NCBI GenBank assembly: GCA_965223265.1
Contig: OZ244999.1
Location: forward strand, 288,001 to 352,000
From: Planctomycetota bacterium
Lineage (GTDB): Bacteria; Planctomycetota; UBA8108; SXIK01
Direction: 5' to 3'
DNA: 64,000 nt
Both the position numbers and the translations under genes were made by a program. Positions 29,566 through 39,894 of this stretch are shown in pieces. Position 1 is the first letter of the stretch. The number at the start of each line of letters is the position of its first letter. The notes under the pieces were generated by a model, which was not told the DNA's origin, did not search any database, and worked only from the letters and a program-made list of their open reading frames with translations.

Positions 29566-32006
29566 GCCCGTCCCCCCAGCGGTTCAAACGTGATGGAGCC
29601 TTGCTCCATGTGATCGGGATCGTTCCTGACCTGAAGGATCTCGTTTGGGCCGAACTGCAGCACGTCCGCTGTACCGACTGATTGTTCGTCGAAGCGGCGC
29701 ATGGAGACGCTGATGACGTGGTGAACTCCCTCGATTCTGTGAACGCGTCCGATGATCTGGCTCTTTTGGAGTGGCTGTCCAAACGTCCAGCGATCGGGGT
29801 GGAAGAATCCCAGATCGCCGTTCGAGGTGTAGGCATCAGAGAATTCTTCGAGCAGGAGGAAGCGGATGTCCTCCGGCCATACATCCGAACGAACACACAA
29901 CGAGATGGTGATCGTTAACGGGACGAAACGCGCCTGACGGATCTCGATGTCGTCACCGATCAGGCGAACGGATTCGAGCTTGGCTGCGATGTCGTGGCGC
30001 AGGTCATCACCGAGGTCGTGTCGACCGAGCGGATCGATGGCGATTCGTACGGCGCGCCAGCTCCCGGTCCACGCGTAGCTCGCCGCGGCGCGTGATACGC
30101 CTGGAACCTCTTCAGCACGGGCGCGGTAGTCACCGAGACTCACTGCACGAAGCTGCCGGCTTTTCCACGCTTCTACGGCGTTGCGGACGATTTCCTGAGG
30201 TGGCTCCGCAGCACGGCCATCGGTGATGTCGAAGGGGTTGCGTACTGCCTCGACTTCTGGGTGTGCGGAGCTGTCGAAATGCACAAGTCGATCGGCTCCG
30301 ATGTTCCCGTCAGGTCCGAAGCCCGTTTGATACTTGCAGAGAACCTCGGCATTGTCGGGAAGCTCTCGACCCAACACACCGTTTCCAAAGCGCACAACGC
30401 TACTTCGGTTTTCGTCAGTCTCAACCGCAAAGTTGGTTGCGCTCTCGTCGCTGTGGACAAGGCTAGAAACTTCTTGCCACTCATCTTCAACCGTGTCGGC
30501 CCTAACAGTGATAGAGAGTGTCGATTCTGGTGGTACTTCGCTGGCCCGCGTGGGGTCACGGACCCTACGATAGAGAAGCGGCGTGCTGCGGGGCAATCTA
30601 CAGAGCACGGAGCGCGTACGCGAGGGCTTCCAACTTCCGAGCACGTCGGATTGCGGATCCGTAGACCTCTCATAGTGAAACTCGCCGGCGTTCAGCCTTT
30701 CGCTCGGTTCCTTGAACGTGACGCGCACTTCTTCGCCCTGGGTTGTGCGCGCCAAGTTACCGTGAAAAAGGAAGACTCCGTCGACGGTCGATCCGTCGTC
30801 TAAGTTGGCGACCGCACAAAAGTCCCACGCTAGTGCATCTTCACTGCGCCAACGAACGCGGACAAACCACCCGTCTGCGACATCAGGGAGTGCCGGATCT
30901 CGCATCACGGTGGCTGACGGTTCGAGTTGCACGATTTGCCGTTTATTGATGTTGTGTCCACTTGCCGCGCCGGTAACCGGGCTTCTGTGCTCCTCAATGA
31001 GAAACCTCGAAGCGATACGCTGGTCGATGAGATGTTGAATCGCCAGGGCCGTCGCTTCATCGACCATCGCGATGTCGGCCGTTATGCTCCCCGCCGCAAG
31101 TCCTGGTCGGGCACCCTGCCACGTGTAGAGTTCCAAGCTGTTCAGGAGATGGTGGAGGGTTGCAGCCTCTTGTGTCGTGAACACTATGCGGCGGTCGTTG
31201 TCGATGGTAGCGGAAGCCCATGTCTCGAATCCTGCTTCGAGAGTAAACTGAGCGCCATGAGCGACGGTGAGCGCGAGCCATGTGCTTGCTTGATTCCCTT
31301 CGTCGATGTGGTAGTCCATGAGTCGTGCATGTCGAGCAAGCGATACGCGCTTCCGTGCCCGGCCGAGGTAAGCTTCCGCCATGACACGGTCCTGGAAATC
31401 GCTCAGTTCATCAGCGGAGGCGCTGAAGAGATTGATCAGTACCTGAGTCATGTCAGTTTCGCTCGTTGGCTCCCAACCGGGAACACGGGTGCGAAGCGCC
31501 GTGACGAGCGTATGGCGAAAGGACTCAAAGTCTTTGGCCAGATAGTCGATCGGAACTGACGGCGGAGGCGGCTGTGGCTTGGCGTGCTGCGGGGCGCAGT
31601 CAGTCGTGAAACATCCCGGTCGGAACTTGAAGCGTATCTCGCTAAAGACTGGGTCGATATCCTCAAACTGTACTTCGAGTGTGTACGTGGAGTAATCGCC
31701 GATGCGATTCGTCTGGAGTCTCAGGATTCTCGGCTCGCTGCCGGTTTGGATGGCCGCTACGTTGACGTCCTCATCGCGCGGTCCGCCTCGCACGCGATGA
31801 CCACCGCGCACAGGAAAAACCTCCTTCGCATCGGTGCCACTGGCGAATGCATTGACAATATCGTCCAGGCGGCTCGAGTTATGGAAGTAAACGTCCAGCG
31901 TCGCGAAGGGCTCACTCGGGTTGACAAGAACGAAGTCAATCCCGTTGCGCGTTCCGAGGTTGTTCGCACGCTCGCGCAATTGTTCTTCGTCGATAAGAAC
32001 CATCAT
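29562..32006 (-). CDS. eCIS baseplate J-like assembly protein (second)
   Basis: NGIDFV, IDYLAKDFESFR, QDRVMAEAYL..AR.RVSLARHARLMDY, VRFGNG..G, RAVSLGDY, FFHPDRWTFGQ. Confidence 0.9.
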   Translation of the reverse strand: MMVLIDEEQLRERANNLGTRNGIDFVLVNPSEPFATLDVYFHNSSRLDDIVNAFASGTDAKEVFPVRGGHRVRGGPRDEDVNVAAIQTGSEPRILRLQTNRIGDYSTYTLEVQFEDIDPVFSEIRFKFRPGCFTTDCAPQHAKPQPPPPSVPIDYLAKDFESFRHTLVTALRTRVPGWEPTSETDMTQVLINLFSASADELSDFQDRVMAEAYLGRARKRVSLARHARLMDYHIDEGNQASTWLALTVAHGAQFTLEAGFETWASATIDNDRRIVFTTQEAATLHHLLNSLELYTWQGARPGLAAGSITADIAMVDEATALAIQHLIDQRIASRFLIEEHRSPVTGAASGHNINKRQIVQLEPSATVMRDPALPDVADGWFVRVRWRSEDALAWDFCAVANLDDGSTVDGVFLFHGNLARTTQGEEVRVTFKEPSERLNAGEFHYERSTDPQSDVLGSWKPSRTRSVLCRLPRSTPLLYRRVRDPTRASEVPPESTLSITVRADTVEDEWQEVSSLVHSDESATNFAVETDENRSSVVRFGNGVLGRELPDNAEVLCKYQTGFGPDGNIGADRLVHFDSSAHPEVEAVRNPFDITDGRAAEPPQEIVRNAVEAWKSRQLRAVSLGDYRARAEEVPGVSRAAASYAWTGSWRAVRIAIDPLGRHDLGDDLRHDIAAKLESVRLIGDDIEIRQARFVPLTITISLCVRSDVWPEDIRFLLLEEFSDAYTSNGDLGFFHPDRWTFGQPLQKSQIIGRVHRIEGVHHVISVSMRRFDEQSVGTADVLQFGPNEILQVRNDPDHMEQGSITFEPLGGRA

Positions 32007-32389
32007 TACAACTCGCTACGTTGGAAGCGTAAGGTCCGTGAATCCTCTGTCCCCGCGACGCGATAGCGGATGATGACTGTCAGCATGGAATCGTCAGATT
32101 CCACCTGTAGCTCTTCGACGATTACGCGGTGGCCGAGCCAGTTGCCGAGTGCTCGAGTCACGGTCGCCTTGGTCATCCCCTTTGTTGAAGCATCGATGTT
32201 CTCGAACACGAGTCGACGGATGTTCGTTCCGATGTCAGGCTGGAACAAACGCTCACCAAGGTTCGTAAGTATGAGCTGCTTGAGCTCTTGGCTGACGTGT
32301 TCCCGCAGGTCTTGGATACGAGCTGTGCGACCATCCTCACCGATGCGGAACGGAAACGTGAGGTAGTGTGGGTATGCTGGCTGTGTCAT
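32006..32389 (-). CDS. gp25/GPW baseplate wedge (sheath initiator)
   Basis: LTFPFRI..GRT..HVSQELKQLILTNLGERLFQPDIGT. Confidence 0.92.
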   Translation of the reverse strand: MTQPAYPHYLTFPFRIGEDGRTARIQDLREHVSQELKQLILTNLGERLFQPDIGTNIRRLVFENIDASTKGMTKATVTRALGNWLGHRVIVEELQVESDDSMLTVIIRYRVAGTEDSRTLRFQRSEL

Positions 32390-32721
32390 ATCGCAGTAAC
32401 TTTCTGCTGCGTTCCTGAAATCAGCGCGACACCTTGCGGGGCGTTTTCAGCGTTGATACATTTGCCGATGCTCGACGCCAGGAGGACCTTCACACCTGCA
32501 ATCGACACGCTCGAAGCGCCGCCAGTCCATTCGATGCGAAGGCACGGGGACGGTTTCGGACCGATAGTGAACGCGCAACCTGCAACCACGTGAACATCGC
32601 TTTCGAGGAGTACTTTTCGAGATGCCTGGACCGAAACGAACTGGTTGGAGGTCATGAGCGTGGCGATGCCTCCGTGGGGGCACTGAATTTGATCTGCTGT
32701 CGTCAAGCACGCAGGCATCAC
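32386..32721 (-). CDS. PAAR-like (DUF4280-type) spike tip
   Basis: IQCPHGG..VAGCAF..PSPCLRIEW..SIGKC; directly downstream of the spike gene. Confidence 0.85.
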   Translation of the reverse strand: MMPACLTTADQIQCPHGGIATLMTSNQFVSVQASRKVLLESDVHVVAGCAFTIGPKPSPCLRIEWTGGASSVSIAGVKVLLASSIGKCINAENAPQGVALISGTQQKVTAI

Positions 32722-33242
32722 GTAATTTCCAAGTTGCTGCCGTTGATGCTCACCGAGGAGTCACTGATTTCGATCTTCTTCGCACCAACCGATAGCGTGA
32801 TGCCGTTTCCCGTCAGAGTGATGGAGGGTCCGTCCGCGTGCTCAATCTTGATCTCGCTTCCCTCGTCATCGAGGACGAACTTATGTCCTTCTGTTGTCGC
32901 CAACAGCCGCGTCTTCGGCCCACTCGGTGTAGGGATCTCCCCCTGTGCCCACCAAAAGCCGGTCCAAATCGGCTTCGAGAGATTTCCGCCCTCAAACTCA
33001 ATCCAGACACCATCATCCTCTTCAGGGATGGTGACCCAGCCGTGCTGGTTGCCGGCAAAAGGAACTGAAGGTGTCGCCCAGGGTGAGAGCTCGCTGCCGA
33101 AAATTTCAGGCACCTCCGCGCGCACGAAACCCAGGTCGTCTCCGTCGCCAACTTCTCGCACGATACCGCGATACTTGCCGAAGACGTGGGAATCGAGAAA
33201 TTCTGCGACTCGAACGAAGAGCGCTTCGGTTTCGTCGGGCAC
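32718..33242 (-). CDS. Spike protein (gpV / gp5 OB-fold; C-terminal half of a split VgrG)
   Basis: FGKYRGIV..LGFVRAEVP..WATP..P..IPEEDDGVWIEFEGGNLSKPIWTGFWW. Confidence 0.92.
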   Translation of the reverse strand: MPDETEALFVRVAEFLDSHVFGKYRGIVREVGDGDDLGFVRAEVPEIFGSELSPWATPSVPFAGNQHGWVTIPEEDDGVWIEFEGGNLSKPIWTGFWWAQGEIPTPSGPKTRLLATTEGHKFVLDDEGSEIKIEHADGPSITLTGNGITLSVGAKKIEISDSSVSINGSNLEIT

Positions 33243-34354
33243 TAGGAAATTCCTCCTGGAAGACTTGAGCTCGAAGAACTCGAGCGTGCGTTACGCACGA
33301 GGGCGAATTCTTGGCGGTGTTCCGATCGCGTCAAGGTGTGAACGACACTTGATATGACATAGTCACCGCTCTCTTGTGGTGTGACCCCTCGAACCGTGAC
33401 CATCCTGTAGGGTTCAAGGATGTCCGCGTAGCACCCCCGCCGCACAACCCCCCGCGCCACGATCGAAAAACTGTTCCGTCGGACTTCGGCTTCGATGCGG
33501 CTCTGAATGTCCGCATCCTGACGCTCTCCTGGTCGCAACCGGCACGTCGCGACGGCATTGGTGTCGGTCACCGAGGCTTGAGTACCAAGGAGCTCGACGT
33601 CGCGATACTCAGCCCGTCGGGTCGTCACAACTTTGTCCGTTATGCTGAGTGTCGCGACTTCGACGTTGCAGGGGCTCTCCTCGTCGTGACGCAGATCGAA
33701 CGTCTCGATGTTTCTATCCGAACCGGTCAACACAAGGGGCGTCAACCCGTCGGGTTCAGTTGGATATGATTCGAAGACGCCCACTGAGGCACCTGCCTGA
33801 GCGCCTGGGAGAACGTATGCATGCATATTGTTCCGTCGAGCCAAAGTCCTGAGGAGACGCATGTGCGTGCCTCGTAGAACTTCCTCGCTGCGCTGCTCGG
33901 CGGGCGGCTGCGTCGAGTCGATCCGAGTCGATGAAATCTGCTCTAAGCCTGCGTAGATCTGCTGAGCAATTTCGGAGTCACTTTTGTTTCCGAAGTTCTC
34001 CACGCCCTCCTCGCGATTGAGGTAGACGCTATCGTCGTGGACGAGAATCGTCACAGAACTCTGGCCTGGCTGTGAACTCACGTTGGTGTCGCGACCAACG
34101 ATTGGGCCGTCGATTAAGGCACGGAAGCCACCGTCGCCGACGCGCACTTCGATCCGTATTCGCCCGAGGCCACGTAAGTGATCGCCATCGTGGCCAGCCC
34201 AGTTGCCGTCGTCGTCAGCACAGATCGGAATCTCCAGACGCGCTTCAGCTGCCATGTCGGTTTCGAGCTCGACGATGACGCTCTCGAGCATGTCAAGCTC
34301 GCTACGACTGGCGTTCCGTCCGTCAAAGAAAACTCGATATTCGGTCTCGAACAT
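33242..34354 (-). CDS. Baseplate hub (gpD / gp27-like)
   Basis: LIDGPI..SDSEIA..LLRTLARRN..YADILEP..VTVRG..SGDYVISSVVHTL. Confidence 0.85.
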   Translation of the reverse strand: MFETEYRVFFDGRNASRSELDMLESVIVELETDMAAEARLEIPICADDDGNWAGHDGDHLRGLGRIRIEVRVGDGGFRALIDGPIVGRDTNVSSQPGQSSVTILVHDDSVYLNREEGVENFGNKSDSEIAQQIYAGLEQISSTRIDSTQPPAEQRSEEVLRGTHMRLLRTLARRNNMHAYVLPGAQAGASVGVFESYPTEPDGLTPLVLTGSDRNIETFDLRHDEESPCNVEVATLSITDKVVTTRRAEYRDVELLGTQASVTDTNAVATCRLRPGERQDADIQSRIEAEVRRNSFSIVARGVVRRGCYADILEPYRMVTVRGVTPQESGDYVISSVVHTLTRSEHRQEFALVRNARSSSSSSSLPGGIS

Positions 34355-34629
34355 TATTCTTTTGGAACCCTTATTGTTCCTCCGGACACGTCGATCAGAC
34401 GTCGTGCCTCGAGTTCCGTGTTGGCGTCAGCGAGATGCCAGAACTTTGCACCTTCGCGGAAGTACTTGTGCGCAACCAAGTCATGTCTGTCCTGATCGTT
34501 CACCGCCGTGGCCTCGCCTGTCGTCTCCGGGAGCCGTCGAAGCTTGACGACGCGAGCCTTTTTCCCCGATGCCAGAGTCACTTCGATCGTCTCCTGGTCG
34601 ACGTAGCGGGAACCGTTCAAGAACGCCAT
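34354..34629 (-). CDS. LysM-like baseplate glue protein
   Basis: GSRY..QDRHDLVAHKYF..KFWHLADAN..IRVP. Confidence 0.8.
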   Translation of the reverse strand: MAFLNGSRYVDQETIEVTLASGKKARVVKLRRLPETTGEATAVNDQDRHDLVAHKYFREGAKFWHLADANTELEARRLIDVSGGTIRVPKE

Positions 34630-34641
34630 GTAAGAGAACTC

Positions 34642-35319
34642 CTAGAAGATCACATCCTCGATCAACGTCTCAATTTCGCCGACTGTATTGGCAAGATTGG
34701 TGGCCGCGAGTGACTCCCTCACGACTTTGGAATACTCAAGGGCACCTTTCGCAATCTCATCACCGCCGCACAGGTCAGGTGTAAATACTGTGAGCCCAAT
34801 TCTCACGTCCGCCTCAATCGGGCTTAGTTTGTAGTCATATCGAGTCTCGGTAATCGACATCTGGTGAATGAAAACCGGTAGGACACGGGTCAGGCCCCAA
34901 ATGAAGAGAAGTCTTGGAAAATTCTCTCGAGGAACCGGTTGGGTGGCATTGTCATCCGCACCACCGATCGCATCGGCGATCTTGTCGACGACGGCTCCAA
35001 TCAGACCTGCAAGTGTTCCACTGGGGTGCACCATTTGCTCAAGCGCGGCCAGCTGCGGCTGGATTCCGGACGCTCGCGCGAGGACGTTGTCTTGATCGAG
35101 CATATCGGCAGCGCTGAAACGCGCTGTGAGATCGAGCTTCTCGAGCGGAATGTCTCCTGCCTGATTCGACTCGCGACTGGAAGATCCTGTCGGGCGTGAC
35201 GGGATTTCTAGCGTTCGCACCATTTGGTCTGGATTGAATTGAAACAGGAGGACGTTCGGTAGCGGGCCAAGAACGTCGCTTCCATACTCGACCAGTGCGC
35301 CTTTGAGCAAATAGCCCAT
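34642..35319 (-). CDS. CIS tube-initiator (Afp7-like N-terminal domain)
   Basis: LLKGALV..LFQFNPDQMVRTL..GIQPQLAALE..LLFIWGLTRVLPV..SITETRYD..L.PI.A. Confidence 0.85.
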   Translation of the reverse strand: MGYLLKGALVEYGSDVLGPLPNVLLFQFNPDQMVRTLEIPSRPTGSSSRESNQAGDIPLEKLDLTARFSAADMLDQDNVLARASGIQPQLAALEQMVHPSGTLAGLIGAVVDKIADAIGGADDNATQPVPRENFPRLLFIWGLTRVLPVFIHQMSITETRYDYKLSPIEADVRIGLTVFTPDLCGGDEIAKGALEYSKVVRESLAATNLANTVGEIETLIEDVIF

Positions 35320-35328
35320 GAGTCTAAG

Positions 35329-35610
35329 TCAGCTCCTTGTAGCTCCTTCGATCGGGATTTCTCCTCGTACTTCGCGCAGTACTGCAGAAGCGACGCGACG
35401 GGAAACTGCCGAAGCGTCGTCTCCGGCTCCCATCGCCACGTTCGGTACGTCGACTCGCTCGACACTCATCGACTGGGAAAGACCTTGTCGAAAGTCGTTC
35501 TCGAGCCGTGCAAGCTCAGGTCCTAGCGCCTGAGCCACTGCGCGCGCATACTCGACGTCCCGCCCACGCACGGTGACGAAGAGCCTCTCGAAGCGGATGT
35601 GCGGCATCAA
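35329..35610 (-). CDS. Small eCIS hypothetical protein
   Basis: In operon, overlapping the ATPase stop codon; HIRFERLFV..RRVASAV pattern. Confidence 0.65.
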   Translation of the reverse strand: MMPHIRFERLFVTVRGRDVEYARAVAQALGPELARLENDFRQGLSQSMSVERVDVPNVAMGAGDDASAVSRRVASAVLREVRGEIPIEGATRS

Positions 35611-37781
35611 TCCCTCCCTTCATCGCTGAGGATGTTTTCAACGATTGGCCTGTAGCGACCGAGCTGAGCAGGGCTCATCGAATGATTTAGCTTCTCGAGC
35701 TCACGCCAGGCACTGATCACCATGTCCCGCATCGAGAGCCTCTGCCTCTCGGCTTCCCCGACGCCCCGCGCGTGCGCGCTTTCGAGACAGGCGTTGAAAA
35801 TCGCCGATCGGATGTGGCCACCAGAGAAAGGAAACTTCTTCGCCAGAAACTCGAGGTCGACGTCAGAGGCGTCAACCGTTTCGGGAATTGATTTTTCCCA
35901 GATGGATCTGCGCTCAGAAAGCCCTGGCTTTGGAAAGTCGACGATGTACCGAAGTCTTCTGACAAAGGCTCGATCTAGATCCTCTCTACGATTCGTGGCG
36001 AGAATCGTGAGTCCTTTCGCGGATTCCATGCGTGTGAGAAGGTAGCTCACCTCAGTATTCGCGAAGCGATCGTGCGCGTCTTTGACTTCGGTACGAGAAG
36101 AAAAAACGGCTTCCGCTTCGTCAAAAAAGAGAATCAAATCGCACAGATCCGCTGCGTCGAAGATTCTCTTGAGGTTCTTCGGTGTCTCACCGACGTACTT
36201 GTTGACTACTTGCGACAGGTCAATGCGGTAGAGTGGCAATCCCAATTCAGCGGCAAGAACTTCCGCCGCCATCGTTTTTCCTGTCCCCGGAGAACCGGCG
36301 AAAAGGACTGAGATTCCAGCTTCGTTCCAGGGGCGCGCCGTTCCCCATCGGTAGTGCACGTCCGTGAGAGCCGTCATTGCGTTGCGAACGGCGTCCAGCT
36401 GGGTTCGCTGCTTGGGAGGCAGAACGAGTTCATCTTCGGTGAAGCGAGGGTGAACGCGCTGGGCGAGTTCTCCCATCTCGACGTTGATCTCCGCGCGACA
36501 CGTCGAGCGGAGGTCCCCGGGACTGATCTTACTTCGCACTTGTAGCGAACGGCATGCTGACAGAATCGTCAGTTTTTCGAGCCGATAGCGACGGGAACAT
36601 TCAGAGATCGCTTCGCCTATGTCTTGGGCCGCGGTACCGAGTCCGTCATGCCAAAGAGCTTCACGCTCGGCATGAGAAAGGCCGCGCACGGTGAGAGAGG
36701 CACCGCGGATCCCTTGTGGAATCCAGCGTAGTTCCTTTTCCGACTCGCAGACGACAAATAGATTGATCGGTACCGACGTCGGCAGTCCCAGGCAATCGCG
36801 TCGCTCGCTTGTGGACGCTGGCGGCGCCTCTAAGGGAAGAAGCAAGTCGACGCCGCGTAGCCAGCAACAGGTTGCTGCGATGTCCAAACTGCCAGCGCCG
36901 AAATCGGGCGGCGATCGTGGCGTGACGAGTGAACGTCCAGCCGCGTGAGTTATTTGTGCAACGGCGCTCGCTGCATCGGCTCCACGCGGGCAACTTACCG
37001 GAAAGAGACGTATCTTGTCCGGTTCGCCTGAGCGCAACTGGGAGACGATCACTTTCTCTCTTTCGCCAAGTTCGTTCTCCGCCGGGTCGTCGAGAGTCTC
37101 TATCGTACGCAGCGAGGAGGAAAGCTCGGTTGAAGGAAAGAGAACTGGAAGTGCAATCTGAATCGGGACAGAGAGAGTCTGGTCCCAGTCGATTTCTTCG
37201 CGTCGTCCCTCCGAAGCTCCACCAGGCCGGATCAAACCTAGGCGAAAGAGAGGGTGTGATCTGTCGGCGACTGGCAGGATCTCTGCAGGTCGATCCCAGA
37301 GCCTTTGAGCAAGCGCCAGACTTGGGCGCGTACTCATTGCGTCGTTGAGACATGCAGCAATGACATTTCCTGCGGCCTGATCGCAAGTCACCGAGAGGGC
37401 CAGTGCGAAGACGAAAGCGGCGGCGCTGTCGAGACCAACTTCGGTGGCCACCCAGCCGAAAGATCCGCGCATTGCGCCTGACGGCACCGGCGGAGTGGCG
37501 GCCAGCTGCTCCGAGAGGTGCGCCGCTGTCACGTCCGTCTCGAAGAAGCGTTTCTTCTCTTCGCGGAAGCGACTCATTTCAAGGCTCGACGAGACCTTGT
37601 CTGTGAATGGAGGAAGAATCCCCGAAGATTCGGAACTGAATCCACGCTCGTGCCATAGCCAGCATATCTCTCGGCGTAACCGGACCGTTACCTGCCGCAA
37701 CCAGTACGCAGCGAGGGGATCGTCGGGTTCGATCCCGGGAGAGAAAAGCACGGGCTGACAGCTTGTTGTCGACACGCTCAT
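35607..37781 (-). CDS. eCIS AAA+ ATPase (Afp15/Pvc15-like)
   Basis: LFAGSPGTGKTMAAEVLA..YRIDLSQVVNKYVGET.KNL..LFFDEAEAVF..AHDRFAN..LATN. Confidence 0.93.
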   Translation of the reverse strand: MSVSTTSCQPVLFSPGIEPDDPLAAYWLRQVTVRLRREICWLWHERGFSSESSGILPPFTDKVSSSLEMSRFREEKKRFFETDVTAAHLSEQLAATPPVPSGAMRGSFGWVATEVGLDSAAAFVFALALSVTCDQAAGNVIAACLNDAMSTRPSLALAQRLWDRPAEILPVADRSHPLFRLGLIRPGGASEGRREEIDWDQTLSVPIQIALPVLFPSTELSSSLRTIETLDDPAENELGEREKVIVSQLRSGEPDKIRLFPVSCPRGADAASAVAQITHAAGRSLVTPRSPPDFGAGSLDIAATCCWLRGVDLLLPLEAPPASTSERRDCLGLPTSVPINLFVVCESEKELRWIPQGIRGASLTVRGLSHAEREALWHDGLGTAAQDIGEAISECSRRYRLEKLTILSACRSLQVRSKISPGDLRSTCRAEINVEMGELAQRVHPRFTEDELVLPPKQRTQLDAVRNAMTALTDVHYRWGTARPWNEAGISVLFAGSPGTGKTMAAEVLAAELGLPLYRIDLSQVVNKYVGETPKNLKRIFDAADLCDLILFFDEAEAVFSSRTEVKDAHDRFANTEVSYLLTRMESAKGLTILATNRREDLDRAFVRRLRYIVDFPKPGLSERRSIWEKSIPETVDASDVDLEFLAKKFPFSGGHIRSAIFNACLESAHARGVGEAERQRLSMRDMVISAWRELEKLNHSMSPAQLGRYRPIVENILSDEGRD

Positions 37782-39001
37782 GGCGCATTCAGAGTCAACT
37801 CCGGACTCTGCCTCGCCTGTTGTCCGTTGACGCTGACAATGACCCGGTAGGTCCCAGCTGGGATCGCAAGAGACTCCGGAACCGAAACGACGCGTTGGGT
37901 CTGCGCGGGCACACCGGGAGGATCCCGAAGGTCATCGAAGACCGCGACGGCACGACTTCCGTTGTGAAGAGCGACAAAAACGTCATCGGTCGCGCTGCCC
38001 AGGAATGTCCCGTCGATGCGAAACTCACCGGCTAAAGGTGAGGTTGAATCCGCTGGATCCGTACGACTGAATGTGAGGGGCGCGACGGACGTGACGGTGG
38101 GGAGCAAATCGAACGCACGGAGGTTACTTGAGCGTTCACGGCCGGCGGGTAGCTTCTTGACGAGGGTCAAAGGATGGCTACCAGCGGAGATTGAGCTACC
38201 GTTGATCGTGGCTGGATCTAGCGTGATGCGCACCGCACCTGGTCGGACCGAGATCACGGGGAGCTCAACCGGCCCGAGTCGAGCCACGACATTGTCGGTC
38301 TCGAGGTTTTCTCCCGAAAGGGTCACGTCGATCCCAGCAGTCCCTAGTGCCGGATCCACTTCGTCGATCCTCATGCCGAGGTTGGCGAAAACCTCGATGC
38401 GAACTCCATCGCGTCCGATCTCGGTCGACGGTTCAGAGCTATAGTCGATCCCCACCAGGAGGCCGTACGAGGATTCTTCACGAGGGGCAATCATTACGGG
38501 GCGTACTTCGAACGCCATGGAGAAGCGATACTTCTCATCGCTTCCTTGCATAAGCGTCGAGAGAAGGCTCGAGGAGGCGTCCGCGAACGTGATCTTCAGA
38601 GGCTCAGGGTTGTTCTCAAGTGCCTGACGTCCTGCGGCGTTGAGTCCGTCGAGGGACACGTAGTTGAGTTCGTGCAAGATGCGCAGGCCGTCACCGAGAT
38701 GGCGATAAGCTGCGATCGAATCGCTTTCGCCTTCTTCGTCGAATGCTGTGATGAGAAAACGTACGGCGAGCCAGAGTGGCGGATTCTGCTGTGGATCCAG
38801 CGGTAGATTCCTGAGAGTTCCCTCATGGGATGCCTCATAGAGAAACAGATTGAAGCGAGGGTTCACGGAGGTGTCTGGATTCGGCGGTTCGGGGCGGCCG
38901 ACGGTTACGTTGAGGCCACTCCGCGCGGTGAGGTGGGTCCGGAGTAGCTCCGCGACCTCTCCGATGGCTCGACTCGAGTCAACCAGCGGCACGGCTACCA
39001 C
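37778..39001 (-). CDS. DUF4255 (Afp16/Pvc16-like cap) with C-terminal IPT/TIG-like domains
   Basis: VTVGRPE..NLFLYE..LRNLP..PPLWLAVRFLITAF..LKITF..YRFSMAFEVRPVMI, then Ig-like repeats. Confidence 0.88.
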   Translation of the reverse strand: MVAVPLVDSSRAIGEVAELLRTHLTARSGLNVTVGRPEPPNPDTSVNPRFNLFLYEASHEGTLRNLPLDPQQNPPLWLAVRFLITAFDEEGESDSIAAYRHLGDGLRILHELNYVSLDGLNAAGRQALENNPEPLKITFADASSSLLSTLMQGSDEKYRFSMAFEVRPVMIAPREESSYGLLVGIDYSSEPSTEIGRDGVRIEVFANLGMRIDEVDPALGTAGIDVTLSGENLETDNVVARLGPVELPVISVRPGAVRITLDPATINGSSISAGSHPLTLVKKLPAGRERSSNLRAFDLLPTVTSVAPLTFSRTDPADSTSPLAGEFRIDGTFLGSATDDVFVALHNGSRAVAVFDDLRDPPGVPAQTQRVVSVPESLAIPAGTYRVIVSVNGQQARQSPELTLNAP

Positions 39002-39894
39002 CTCCTCACATAGTGACGCCGAAGCCGAGACTGGGAGGAACTCGTTGTTCGTCGTCTTGAAAACGGCGATGCAGATGGCATCGGAGGAGGTGGGGGTGCG
39101 GGCGGGTTTTCCACTGTGACATGGATTGTCCCAATACTGACATCCACCGACTCAGGTGCACTAGCAGCCGCCACACTCCGCGCCTCAGGTTGGGCGGTCC
39201 CTGGCGGAGGGGCTCCTTCTGCGAGTCTATGGAGTGTGGGGATTTCTTGATTCGATTCGTATGGTTTTTGCCGGTCTGAACTGCTTGCGCCATGCGGTGG
39301 TCCCGAGCCACTCTCGTTATTAGGTGGTGAAGTCAGCCAGTCGCGCACGTTGGTCAGGATCGCCGTGACTCTCTCTCCATGATGTCCAGCACGCTCTGTG
39401 GGTGATCGTCGGTGGGCGTGTGGTTCTCTTTTCACAGACCGACCTTCTTCCTTCGGCTTTGGGATGTCGCGAGAGACGTCCGGTGCATCTAACGGAACCA
39501 AGGAATGCGTCGGGAAAGTGCGAGGGGGAATCGGCTCGTCAGGCGGCTCCGCGTGAGGTGCGCCAGCAGTCTGTCTGACGCGTCCGCCGCTGACGTGCGC
39601 TTCGTCGTCGCCGGGCTCGATCTTACTGCTGGCAAATTCCGCGCTGCTCGCGACGACTTCTTGCGGTGGAACAGCTCGCTCATTCGCCACGGAAGATTGG
39701 AGCGGTACGGTGCCCTGAGGGGACGCTTCCTGGGTTTGGTGGTCAAGTTCAGTCGTCTGCGATGCGGTCGAAGGCAAGACCGGCTGCTCCCCAAACACCG
39801 ACTCCGAGCTCTCGAACGAAGGCGCCGTGGAGACGTCGTTCGTCATCCGACTGGACGGTTCGAGCGACTGTAAGATTCTGTCAAAGTACTTCAT
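38995..39894 (-). CDS. Low-complexity Pro/Ser-rich eCIS protein
   Basis: ATGA overlap with upstream gene; MKYFDRI N-terminus, disordered body, C-terminal VDVSIGTIHVTVE motif. Confidence 0.7.
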   Translation of the reverse strand: MKYFDRILQSLEPSSRMTNDVSTAPSFESSESVFGEQPVLPSTASQTTELDHQTQEASPQGTVPLQSSVANERAVPPQEVVASSAEFASSKIEPGDDEAHVSGGRVRQTAGAPHAEPPDEPIPPRTFPTHSLVPLDAPDVSRDIPKPKEEGRSVKREPHAHRRSPTERAGHHGERVTAILTNVRDWLTSPPNNESGSGPPHGASSSDRQKPYESNQEIPTLHRLAEGAPPPGTAQPEARSVAAASAPESVDVSIGTIHVTVENPPAPPPPPMPSASPFSRRRTTSSSQSRLRRHYVRRW